64,000 nt of DNA from Tubulanus polymorphus (Eukaryota > Animalia > Nemertea), in assembly GCF_964204645.1 (NCBI RefSeq), contig NC_134031.1:1922001-1986000 (forward strand), in the 5' to 3' direction. Shown here piece after piece: positions 24,801 through 37,402 of this stretch. The translations under genes and the position numbers were made by a program. Each line of letters begins with the position of its first letter. The first letter of the stretch is position 1. The notes under the pieces were generated by a model that saw only the letters and a list, made by a program, of their open reading frames with translations, was not told where the DNA came from and ran no database searches.

Positions 24801-26261
24801 GGTTACATATCTATTAATTCAAACACATACCGTCCGATGACGATCAGAAACAATCAATCCAGATTAAAATTCGATTATTGTATATTATTTATTCGGTCAA
24901 TATAATGGGTGAAGTGTTCTAGGCCTATATAATATGCGCATGCAATGCACGAAAATCAATATGGTACATTTGATATTGATTCCTTTGCAGATGCAACGAG
25001 CCCAACATAATATTACACATAACACATATGTAAGTCCCGTAGATCTTGAGTTGAGCGATTATCAAAAATGTACCGGTAAATCTCAGATTAAAGAATGTCG
25101 GTGAATTTCGTTATATATCGATGCTGATTTCAGAGAAAAGAGAATGTTATTTAGATAGAATTCACTTGAATTAGTTGAAATTTGAACAGCATCAGTTTTC
25201 GTGTTGCGGTGTCAAAGATTGCAACCGTACTTTCGGTCTTGTTAATTGTGAGAAAAGAAAAAGCCCTGTTTTAAACTTGGTTTCAACTTACTTTTTAAAA
25301 CTAATTCTTTTTTCATATTACATTATTTATCGTACAAAATGATACATTCTTTTATTTGTAAAATGCATACGTTTCGACAGTGTTTGTATTTGTATATGTT
25401 GATAAAAATTGTAAAAAAGAGCACACGTATAAAAACATAAACAAGTGTAATGAAATAGAATCTAAACGGAATGAATCTCTAACAAGGAATCCGAATCTGA
25501 TAACTTACCAACTTTTCGATGCGACTCAATTACAACGTGACCTCATCATTACCCCACGTGATCGGATGACGATAGACGACTCGAACTCATTAATAACAAA
25601 ACGACGATATGATCTCAGCAGGTGCTAATTGCCTTGGTCATCAGTAATTAGTCTTTACGCGTTAATGAAGTAATCCAGTAGTCACCTCTCGGCGCAGTCA
25701 TTAATTTACAACACAAGTCTCCGTAAATCGAACGCTGTTCAGTTTACCGCGCTTCAATTATATTGTCCTTCTCCAATAGCGACGCCAATTGCAACAATGC
25801 GCCAACAATTCTCGTAACGCAACTACGGAAGTATTCTATCTAACTATTTATGTATCGACTTGCGCGGTATAACGTTGAGTTCTACTTTGCTATCGCTGAC
25901 ATTTTTTGAATCGTCGTCGCTTATTTTTCGGCGTTAACGCGAAAAACGGCGATTTTTTGCCGGTTGTGGCGGTGGTACCGATGATGTTGTATTGTCCACG
26001 CGTTGTCGTCTGATCATCAGCGGCGCAACGAACGACGGCGTACGGGAACATCTGTCGAGTACAAAGCTAGTTCCAGTAAGGTCCCTTCACATACACACAC
26101 ACATTGCCGGCTATCGATCGCTATATCGGGCTCTTCTGCACGCATATTACAAAATCGATATCCACGGAAAATAGCGAACGTTGTCGCCATAGCTACGCGA
26201 CCACGTGACATTGATTCAGCACTTCCACCCATCGATTTTAATTTCTGTTTTATGGATTTAC

Positions 26262-26600
26262 CCTGGGCTGCCGTTATACGACAAATATTCGATACGACGG
26301 ATGTCTAGAATATCAATTCTCGACGTTGGGAACGCAACTTCTCTCGAATCCGACCAATTTCTCTCGGCAGTGTCTACCATCCCGTAATCATCATCAGTAA
26401 GAAACTCGGCGGCGACGAGCGCAGACCACCGCTCGATCGAATATCGAAACTCTTGTCGATAGAGCCAAAAAGCAACGCTTTTCTTTTTCTATCCGAGTTC
26501 AATAATGTGAAAGGTTTTCGCGCCGCCGGAATGTAACAATCGTGGTTCGAACATAACGGACATTGACACACGCGCCAAAGAAAAATAAAACCGTACACAT
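26262..26600 (-). other. Probable upstream 5' exon of the zinc-finger gene, containing a 39-codon open segment (MVDTAERNW...GSP)
   Basis: ATG at 26380, donor AGG|GTAAAT with GT at 26261-26260, CpG-rich promoter-like DNA upstream (26700-26840, CACGTG and TGACG motifs). It does not splice in frame to the coding exons I can find. Confidence 0.45.
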
Positions 26601-27367
26601 GAGAAAAACGATCGAGTTTAAGATGTTTTGATAATCTTATTGGGCTTCGACAAATTTTAGTTTAACAACCTCTGGGTATAAATATATTTTTCGTTTTTTT
26701 TCGTGCGGAAAGTTTGTAGCGCGCCACACGGCGTACGGCGATGCATTGTTAACCATGCCCATGCTCGCAACTTGCAAAGTATCCCGCGTCGCTACCAGCA
26801 GCACACGTGACGACGCGCTTGATTACACTTGCGTCATGTGTCATTAACAGTTTGAACAAGCCATTGTTGCGATGGTCCCAAAATTAATTAAATATGATGT
26901 ACGTACATGTACATATCAACCGTTTATTGTAAGGTGGCGCATAGGGGCGGCTCGAAAATGTAAGCTCATATACACATGTCAAATTGAACCATATTCTTCA
27001 TATTCGCGGAAGAAAACTGGAATAGCACGTAATACTAATCATGATGCTCACATTGCTCTCCATATTATAAAGGTAATTTCCAAAAGAATAAATACATAAT
27101 TCATGAATTGTTCTTGTTGCCGCGGCGAACTATCGTTCAATATGTTTGTTTTATCGTGCATATATTTCATAAGAGATTCCGTTTGACCTTGATCATTGCG
27201 CGTCACTTTTGTCTTACGAGTGCAATTTGTTCGCTCACTGCAGAATGTATATTTTGTTCACCAGTAACTCAGCTACATCTTTAATTCATATTGTTGGTGT
27301 CTTTTTTGGCGCCGTTAAAATCGTTACAGCATTATATTGATATTGCGCATCGACTCACACCCCTTAT

Positions 27368-27408
27368 CAGTACCCCTTATTTAGTAACCCAGTTGATAAG
27401 GGGTACTG
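27368..27408. mobile_element. Tiny TIR element / hairpin with CAGT...ACTG ends (Tc1-pogo-like)
   Basis: CAGTACCCCTTAT-15 nt-ATAAGGGGTACTG followed by TA. Confidence 0.55.
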
Positions 27409-28261
27409 TATGAGTCGTAAATATTGGGCTATTCGTGTCGGTCAGATATTGTCCACTGGCCTGTAATCAAATTCAAAATAGCTTTATTGATCTTTAAAAT
27501 CATTTTATCTATATTATATGAATGATTTATTGTCGACAATCCTAAACAATCAGTCATGTGCATATATATGTGATTTTCGAAGGCGTTATTAAACTTACAA
27601 GTTAGATTTACTCGTTAATTTCTTTGATGTTTGAAAAAAATGTGTCGATCATCGAGATGCATTTAGTACCGAACCGCATTGCGCGCTCTGCTCCCGCACG
27701 GATGCTGGAGCGCGCGGCGCACGGATCGTGAATAGGAAGGCTCCCGCCTGATGTCGCCTTGGTGATCGTGAAACAGATGTTGTCATACACACCGTTTCAC
27801 GAATCCGATGTACGACTATACGACACCGGTATATAGAACGATGACTCACAGAGCTCTCGGATTCTCGGGGAAACACCCTCCTAAATCAAACATGAACTAG
27901 ATATTCACGGCGTCCTGTATTGGCAGGCGCCGATTATCACACACACGGCCGGTGGTCCACGTCAGTTAATGAATGACCACGACTTTACTTTCCCCGGTGA
28001 AATGATGAACGCGCTCTGAGTTTGGTAGGTTATTTCCATAGTTTTATTTCAGCGCTCAAACTGTGTACAGTTAAGTCTCAACACATTCATTAGATAGTAG
28101 TATAGCGGTTGCCGGGGTTATTGATTTGACACAAGGGACAATGAAAACTTGATAGGCTTATGCACGTTGTATATATAGTAAATACTGTGTTTTAGTCGTT
28201 AAGCTTATACTGGAACAAACGCGTGTCCTTGTTGGATTACTACTCTTGATCCGTAGACACA

Positions 28262-28724
28262 GGTGAGGAGTGATGATGCGGTTTGCAAAACCGAGGCTGA
28301 TTTAAACGAGAATAATGCATCGGGTTATATTATCCTGTCGTGGAAATTAGATGCAAACGATCACTATCAATATTCATGATTCAGTATTAAAGTTTGAATT
28401 TCTGTATAGATAAAATTTAAACAGCTTAAACGGTTTCTGCGGAATATTGCACAATATGTGTCATATGCAATGGATTAGCATCTACAGAGGGTGAGGAGAA
28501 AAGTGACGGGGTTTGCAAAACCGAGGCTGATTTTAACGAGAATAATGGACTGGGAATCGATGACCTTCAAAAACCGGCTGATAATTATTATTATTCGATT
28601 ACGGCAATGAGATGCAAAGGATCGCTTTGTTTTATTGCTCAGTATTCATGATTCAGTGTGAAAGGTTCAATTACTGTATAAATAGAACTTAAAACGAGCT
28701 TAAAAGGTTTCAGCGGAATATCGC
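28262..28724. repeat. Diverged tandem duplication of about 200-230 bp
   Basis: Blocks GGTTTGCAAAACCGAGGCTGATTT, TATTCATGATTCAGT and GCGGAATAT each occur twice in the same order. Confidence 0.85.
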
Positions 28725-29213
28725 ATGATGATTCATTTTCGGCGATCCCTTTATTCGTCCCATCAAAGCGGTTTAATGAACTTTCGTTATTGTTCATGAA
28801 ACAAGATTATGATGATTATTCGCCGATGCGAACCATTTCATTTTAAATGTCGAATGATTTTTCACGGCCTCAGGTTAATTCAACACTAATTCGCTGGCTC
28901 CCGGCAGATAAAACTGTCTCTTGAAATAAGTCCTAGGTACGTGTTTCATGGATGTGTTTTCTATAGGTGTATACGGCTTCTGTCTACGTCGTTGATTTAT
29001 GCATAGTGTCTAACACAGACAAACAATGTCGTCACGTTTACTACAAAAAATGTCACTGATTGTATATATACATACACATCTATATATTTCATATTCTACG
29101 CAATACTTTATCTACATGTATATGTTGACTACAGTATTTTACTCGAATAAAACCTGTTAAAAATTCGAAAAATCTGGGTCATAGTTAATACTTCAAGCTT
29201 TGAGCGATACCTG

Positions 29214-29340
<127 letters not shown>

Positions 29341-29416
29341 AGGATGACTCCGCCGAATAAACAAAAACCACGGGACGACCGTTCTCGTTGAAGTATCGAG
29401 TGAAAAATTAAGGTCG

Positions 29417-29724
29417 CAGGCCCGTAGGCAGAGGGGGCTACTGGGGTTACTGGTAAACCCTCATTTGGCTGATAGTGCCCTTTTTCTGAGATGTACTTAT
29501 TTGATTTAAAACCCTTTACTTCTTTACCTTGAGCAAACTTTTCACGAAAGGCCACTTTCACATAGCACGGCGCAACATTTTATGGGCATATTGAGGGCAC
29601 CCTTTCCACAAAAAGGACACTTTCATTGACGTAAAAGGGCAGTTTCCATGCATAAGATTGAACCAGAAAACGACCCTTTATATCAAATAACCCCCACTCT
29701 CTAAATCCTGCCTATACGGGCCTG
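29417..29724. mobile_element. MITE with CAGGCCCGTAGGCAG TIRs (hAT-like ends)
   Basis: CAGGCCCGTAGGCAG...CTGCCTATACGGGCCTG; no intact 8-bp TSD. Confidence 0.7.
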
Positions 29725-30440
29725 AGTCGGTCACCATCGCATCCAATTTTAAACCAAGTGAAATATGGCCCAAGGCCTAGACGATAATTACTCTGATCAT
29801 ATTATTCAAATCACGAATTTATTGCCGATTTAACCGGTATCGATTACTGAAATATATATAAAGTTAACACCGTGATTTAGAGAACAGATTTCCCAAATAG
29901 TGTATTATATATTAGTATTCTAAACGGACTTTGCATTTTTATTATCAGTTGAGATGTAATAACTATAAAGATTAACACACATCAAAGCTGCTGACGTTCT
30001 AATTTATAATGGATATATTATAATATATACAGTAAATTGAATCGTATGTCAATTAATAGTGAAACTATGAATGTGAAATTTGGTGTTTGTTTGTTTAATG
30101 GTGACTAACATTGAGCGTATTCGGTAAAGCGACATTCTTTAGTTAATCACACATTATTCATTCTTTAAATTTGAAACGACTATTTTCAGATCAATTTCGT
30201 TTGCACCGTGCTTGAATTTCTTCTTTCTACCGGTATCGCTCTTTACTCGGTTCGATTCCACATATTTTGCCCAAGCTTATATTTGTTGATTTAATATCTT
30301 CTTTCCGGCGCTGGCGCTGTGGTGCCGGTGCGGTGTGTATTTTTAGATGCATATCTACGAATAGTTTTTGCTACTACACGCATCGACGCGTTTGCATAAG
30401 ATATCTCATTTTGATCCCGTATATCATTTAATTTCAGACG

Positions 30441-32351
30441 ATGCACCAGTACGCGATGTTGAAGTTACTGTGGTTCACGGCGGCTGCAGCTGCAGCGGTT
30501 CTATCAAATCAGGTGCTAGCCTGTCCACAGCAGTGCACCTGTTCGTCCAGCCGGGACGGACTTCAGGTTAAATGCAGTGGACAGTTCAACAATTTTCCGA
30601 CTGGTATTCCGGTGGATGTCGTGTCTTTGACGATTGTCGGCGCCCAGAACGGCTCGTCTGCGATTACCGATGTAACCTCCACTAGCCTATCAACGTTCAC
30701 CAAACTGCAGACGTTGATTTTGACCCAGCTCGGTATTCGAAACGTCGCCAGTGACGCCTTCGCGTCGAATCCGACCATCAAGGATTTGGACCTGCGCAAT
30801 AACCAGCTATCTTCGTTACCGACTGGCCTGTTTGCCAGTTTTCCGCTTCTCGTTAAGTTGGATTTATCGCACAATCAAATAACGACCATACAATCGGGAA
30901 CTTTCACGCCGTTGATTTCACTTTCGTTTCTCAATCTGAGAAATAACGCTATTTCTAGCCTGAACAAGTCTACGTTTCAGGATCTCGTTCGCCTCGAGAG
31001 CGTGGACCTCAGCGACAATCATGTGAACTTCCTCGAACCGAACATATTCCAAGGTCTCAATCTGTTGCGCACTGTCAAGTTAAACAATTGTTCTCTGACG
31101 AATTTGGATCCTCAGTTTTTTTCGAATGTTCCTCGAATTAAGATCGTCGATGTCAGAAATAATCGTATATCCACGATCGCAAGCGGTCTGTTCGCTAACA
31201 CGTCTGCTCTGATCGACCTACAGCTGGACGGGAACCTGTTAACAGCGCTACCTTCCGGCGTATTGACCGGACTAAAACTTAAAATGCTCGGACTATCCAA
31301 GAATAGTATTTCATCAATAGATCCCGCCGTATTCTCGGAATTTTCCTGCGATCGGCTCCGTCTAGCGGACAACGGAATGACGTCACTAGTGCCCGGGCAG
31401 TTCGACGCTTTGAACGGGAGCTTGCTCTCTTTATATCTCGCCGGTAATCCATTTCGTGAAGTAACGAAACAGATGCTATCGTTCATACCGAAGCTACGAA
31501 TTCTCGATCTCTCCCGCGCCAAACTAGTTTCATTCGACCCGAACATTGTCAGCGGTTTGGAGATTCAGTTGTTGAACGTATCGCGAAACGACTTCCGCGC
31601 CTTGGGCGACGATGTTTTAAACGCTTTCGCTAAACTCGGACTGGTAGATCTCACCGAGAACAACTGGAATTGTACGTGCTTTCAGAGTAATCTGCAAACA
31701 TGGCTCAATTCCGCGGGATACAGTCAAAACTGTGTACCGGGAAACTGGCCGAACCACGCCGCCAACAAACCATTGTCCGAACTACGTAAGGAATTTAACT
31801 GTTTGCGATGTGGCCAGTATCCAACCGTAAACAGGGGTAAATTGATCGCTAATCTAACGGCTAAAGAGCTGGAACAGTGTATCTACTCGGCTTCCTGGTT
31901 CACGTTGGACCGGCAAGTCATGGTATTCGCCGGTGCAACTTGCATCTTAACGGTCATCATATTCGTGGCGTTCACCTTGATTTGCCGTGCTTTGCGCAGG
32001 AAACAGAAAGAATACGATTTGAAAAGTAAAACCGTTAACAATCAATCGGTATCGGTTATTCCGGACAACGACAACAACGGCTACGCTTCCAGCGCGCCGA
32101 TTCTAGCTTCCATGGAGGATCTCACCGACGGTCAAGGTCGAATGTTTACGAACCCGGCCTTCGCTCGGAGCGATAGCCGCGTAAACGTTGCGCATCATAG
32201 AAAACCCCGCCCTTTGTCCACCAGTAGTATACCGTCCTTGGACGGTTCGGAAGAAATGACGGTCGTCATACCGAACCAAGATTATGGCGGTCATGAAAAA
32301 GTCCACCCTCCACGATACGACGAGGTCGTTCGATTAGAATCGGCCATGTGA
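30441..32351 (+). CDS. Type I transmembrane LRR receptor/adhesion protein (signal peptide, LRRNT, ~15 LRR, LRRCT, TM, tail without TIR), paralog A
   Basis: 636-aa ORF. Signal peptide ending ...QVLA; LRRNT CPQQCTC..VKC; LxxLxLxxNxL repeats; LRRCT NNWNCTC; TM VMVFAGATCILTVIIFVAFTLIC; tail with FTNPAF, PPRY and C-terminal ESAM. Acceptor tttcag ends at 30437. Confidence 0.93.
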   Translation: MHQYAMLKLLWFTAAAAAAVLSNQVLACPQQCTCSSSRDGLQVKCSGQFNNFPTGIPVDVVSLTIVGAQNGSSAITDVTSTSLSTFTKLQTLILTQLGIRNVASDAFASNPTIKDLDLRNNQLSSLPTGLFASFPLLVKLDLSHNQITTIQSGTFTPLISLSFLNLRNNAISSLNKSTFQDLVRLESVDLSDNHVNFLEPNIFQGLNLLRTVKLNNCSLTNLDPQFFSNVPRIKIVDVRNNRISTIASGLFANTSALIDLQLDGNLLTALPSGVLTGLKLKMLGLSKNSISSIDPAVFSEFSCDRLRLADNGMTSLVPGQFDALNGSLLSLYLAGNPFREVTKQMLSFIPKLRILDLSRAKLVSFDPNIVSGLEIQLLNVSRNDFRALGDDVLNAFAKLGLVDLTENNWNCTCFQSNLQTWLNSAGYSQNCVPGNWPNHAANKPLSELRKEFNCLRCGQYPTVNRGKLIANLTAKELEQCIYSASWFTLDRQVMVFAGATCILTVIIFVAFTLICRALRRKQKEYDLKSKTVNNQSVSVIPDNDNNGYASSAPILASMEDLTDGQGRMFTNPAFARSDSRVNVAHHRKPRPLSTSSIPSLDGSEEMTVVIPNQDYGGHEKVHPPRYDEVVRLESAM

Positions 32352-33610
32352 TTATAATATATCACAATTCTGTTATTCTAAACCCGTCTTATCAAAGTTA
32401 CCAAGTTACGTCCATTTATCGAATTTATGTTATATATATATATATATATATACAATATTTGTTGATATTCTACTTAATGTTTAGGTAAATCACGTATTGT
32501 TTTTTTTGTTGAAAACCGTCCTAATAATTATTAGTATAGGCTTATCATAGTAAACGTTATAACTGAAAAGATATGTAAATGTTATACAGTATAATAATGA
32601 ATTTTGTTCCGTCCACACCTGATCGAGTTCGATACAGTATGAACCAAATGATGATGATATATTTTTCTAATATAGCGCAACATCTGCATCATCTATGATG
32701 TAATCCTTTAAGTGACAATAAGGTTTGAAACAGAAATCCATCCATTCAGGAGATATATTGGACATAGAATGATCAAATTGATGAAACATAAAGTCAAATA
32801 TGTTCTGAAAGATAAGTTATTAGATTTTGAAAATTTCGATTATAAAACTGGGATCTGCTATGACTAGGTAGCACAATCCACAGCGCAGGAACAGCGGGAT
32901 TTAAAAGCCCTGTCCCCAAAATGTCTAAAATCTCTAAGAGATATTACGATTACCACGCGTTGATAAAACCATGGACTCCAGAGTGCATGACAAAACTCGA
33001 CCGAGATTAAAATCAAACTAGCAGCCAGTGATTCTGTTACTAAGGCGATGTTTCATCACTTAGCGACGCGTAACAATTTCTCATGAAATAAATCGTCATC
33101 CGAAACTCAAGTATTGCCACTGGAATGAGGAGTCTGTCTGTATAAGGAATATGCGGTGGTGAAATCGAGTTGTTGCTTGGTCTGAAAAATGAGTAAAAAT
33201 TATGAATCATGGGTGTTAAAAATAACGACGCTGACGCGATTTATCACGTAGCGGTGACCGTCGAATACGGCGAGATCGTCTGCGAGATCGTCTGGCGGTG
33301 ACGGCGACTGCGAGACGCAATTATCCCGCTCCGACCTCATCTATATAATGACACATGACTAACAAAAAGTGCCGTATGTATTTATGGCATCGAAATGTAT
33401 GTTAACGTGAAGTGCCTCGTAGAGAGCTGAATCAACATTGTCCGTTATTATACGCGGACCGAGATCGAGAATAGTTCGCGCTGACGGAGGAGACCGACTT
33501 TTTTAAGTGATGAGAATACAAAAATCTCCTCTTCCGAACACGGTGGACATGTTGTTCGTTGAAGTGTGCGCTGATATAGAAGGACTTTTGTAAATAAACA
33601 CTATTTATAC

Positions 33611-33864
<254 letters not shown>

Positions 33865-36800
33865 TTCGGCCTGTCCTCGTGTGCAAAAGCTATCTGTGTT
33901 TGTAAACTGGATTTTGGAAAGCCGGCTGATCGCGGTGGAGTACGAGTTAAACGTAGTTCGTTAAATTACTGATATAAGTCGTCGCGAAACACAAGGTTGA
34001 AAGTCTGGGAATATTGAATGTGTACATCCCCGGCTCGGCGAGTGGTAAAGAGATATTCCCGATAATTTGTCGAGTGGGATTTTTCAAGTGCTCCGAACAT
34101 CTGTGCGAGTAGATATATATATATATTTATACGAAACAACACACGGAACGTAAAAATGCCGTAACCTCTAAAACGTCTGTTTTAAGCCTGGGGTTATCTC
34201 GACTGTTTGAAACGCGTATAATATCTGGTGAGTTGCAATAATCGAAGACAACGTATTACGCATTGAACATCGAAGCATATTTCATAGACTATCGGGAAAT
34301 CAACGAATTTGAAGATACTGTAAAGACACTCTCTCCCAATTGGACACTGGCTACATTATAATGCTGCGTCGCTGAAAAATGGTAAGATTTGATTTCACTT
34401 TCGATGAACTAGTAGTATGAAATCTAAAAAAAATGATTTGGGCTGCGTGGGGTCAAAATGTTTAACTTTCATTAGCGAGAGTATTCTAAGGTAAGTAAGT
34501 GTACTACACAACCACGGAATGGCTGACAACAGCGATTTGAAAATGATGAGAATTTGTGAGCCCAGCTTAAGTTCACACGTTGGTCCTCCTTGTATAAGTA
34601 GTCTAAGATTGGTTTTTCGAGAGCTTTTAAAGTTTCCACGCAAACGTAACCTTATATTTGAAATGTCCGGTCATAACCCCTTATAACACGACATACCGTG
34701 GGCTATGTGGGCTCTACTCGTAGAAGAACAGTGCAAAATTCTATACTCCTACAATCTGTAAAAAATATTCGCTTTATTTCACAGCGAATTCTATATACCC
34801 AACGATCAAAATATTTGCATAAAAAGTTCGTTTATATCTATGTGTGACACGCACGCGATAAATCAATGATAGCGTGTCGTTACATATATATCTATATACT
34901 TTTAACGCTTGACTTCCGGTATAAATGGGCCCGGTTCAGGTAGACCGAGCGAGCGGGCGACCCCGATCAAATATTTTGATGGTGAGACAACGGCTTCCGT
35001 TCGCTCATTATCATAATATTGATAATGATAATAATAGTGATGCTGATTATTATTGTAATTGTCATAATAGGAACTCTTGGGTCGGTGTTCGTATGGTAAC
35101 ACGCGTAAAGTGTTTAAGTGTTGAATATACTCGGAAATACCGAGTTATTACAAAATTGCGAAACACGTCATTAATATTGCGTAAAAACCACCGGAAGACC
35201 AAGCCCTTCATTTATTAGACCAGTAGGTCTTCAATTCTTATCTCGCTGTAGAGAATTCATTGTAAGATATCGAAAAATCCTTTTTGATTATCGACAAGCT
35301 TTTATCTTCTAGCGAGGCCGAAAACTGTCAAATATATCAAAAGTAGATCGTATTATTTCTGGTAAACGAAATTCTAAATTTCAGTTTTCATGTGCTGGAC
35401 TATAGAACTAATGCGTAAAAATGAAACCCTAACGATGTGTGGATTCGCTTGTATTTCATGATCATGCTGGTAATGTTACTCGCTGTATGAAAAGGTTCAC
35501 AATGAGAAATATTATCGAAGGAAACCATTAAATATCCGCCCACGTATAGCTACTCAGATGAAAGTTCAACCCACCTATCAAACTAACCTCGCGAAATATG
35601 ATTCACAAAGCGAAACAAACGTTATTTACAATATTTTTTACACCACCGTAAATACTGGAGGTGTGTCAATTTATAGCGCGTTGAAAAGCTGTTTTTTAAT
35701 GCAACAACGCTGTACGTTTATTACACACACGTATCCACCCCTTGAAGTGCAGTTCTTTTATATTTGAGTCGAGTCGGTGACGTAAGATGCAAAATGTTCG
35801 AGTTTATTGTTTGCGAGACTGGCAATGTTTTCCATTCAGCCTCCAGAAAGACGGGAATTTTGTTCTTGCAGTCTGTCGACGATATTATGACTATTTGGTT
35901 CTATTTTTGATGTATTCTGTTGTTGGAGAGAATTCTCTTTTTGCTCACCGTTTACTATAGCAGCTAAACTTCAGCTCTGGATGGATATATTATGTAACTA
36001 CAGTAAGTCGGTGGATATCTTCTCTTTTTTTTTCATAAATTCTTTATACTGAAACATCCGAGCGTATATGCATATAAAACATGTGAGTGTATATGAAGAT
36101 TTTGATGGTTATCTGATTAACTTGATTAACGATCAGAAAGTTTCACTCACATATTCAGATTTGCTTGGGCGCATGCTTGAAGTACATTAAACCTTACCCT
36201 AAACATGAGAATTGAAAAGTTCTTATAGATTTATTGGATGGGAGTTTATTTGACACGTTTCGTACTCAATTCTTCATAAAAATTTAAACATAACCAAAGA
36301 ACCATTTTGCCGCCATTTTGTCACGTTTGCATTTTGGGGATTCCCTAGGCATTGGAAAACTCCTTCCGTGTCATTCTGTGATAATATTCTCGGATCACCC
36401 ACACGTCACTGGGAATACCTCGCCTTCACCAGACCGTAACCGTTTGCCTTTAAAAGGAGCTTCGATTCTATTGAAATACCTTAAAGAACGCGGCGTATAG
36501 ATAAAGTCTATCGGAGCTACATAGTTTAATAAAATACTTTCATCAATAGATAAAATAAATGTTTTGTGCGTTTGTGCTTTCGGCCCACGATATAAACTGG
36601 TATGCGGCTGAGTGTTGAATAGAGAATCACAGGTATAACCCACTGACTGTCAGATTCATTTTAAAAATATACATATTTCTACTCAGTGCCGAGTGTGGGT
36701 GCCCATAAAACACTCGCTGTGCAGCTTTTTATTAGCATTTTTATGGAATATTTTGACGCTTATGAATACATGTATGTAATACCCGTAATTCATGAACACC

Positions 36801-37402
36801 GATTTCTAGATGGACCTATTCGATTTGAAACATGGCACCGCCAAAACTTTCACTGATATTCTGAAAATCGGTAGGTATGGAATTAATTAAAATGCAAAAT
36901 TAAATCCTTTTGATTTTATAAAATCTGTAAAATGCTATGCTTAAAACAATCGTATATTTTAAGTCCATTCAGCGACCTAGTTGAACATTGAACCGCTTAA
37001 AAATGTGAGTATAGAATAATGTGATATCACTTGACGATATCAAAAATTTCATAACATTACATATTTTACGAAGAGCGTTACGTTTGTTTGTCGTTGATGG
37101 TTCGTACCATTCAACCATGGACATCCTCCTAATGACGTGAGTTTCAGCGGGGGGGGGGGGGGGGGGGCAACTTAGCCCTGGCAAGCGAGGATGCATGAAC
37201 ATGACTATGCCTGATATATTCATGGATCCATAGTAACCGCACAACTAAGTGTCATTAACAAAGTTACAAACACCGAGTAGACAATTAGACAAGTAACAAC
37301 TTATCGAACATGACTCAGATATAGTTCAAAACTTAAACATGGAATTAGTTGTATGTCACATGTGTCTTGTAAGCCTTATTATAGGTTGGCTTGTTTTATA
37401 TG

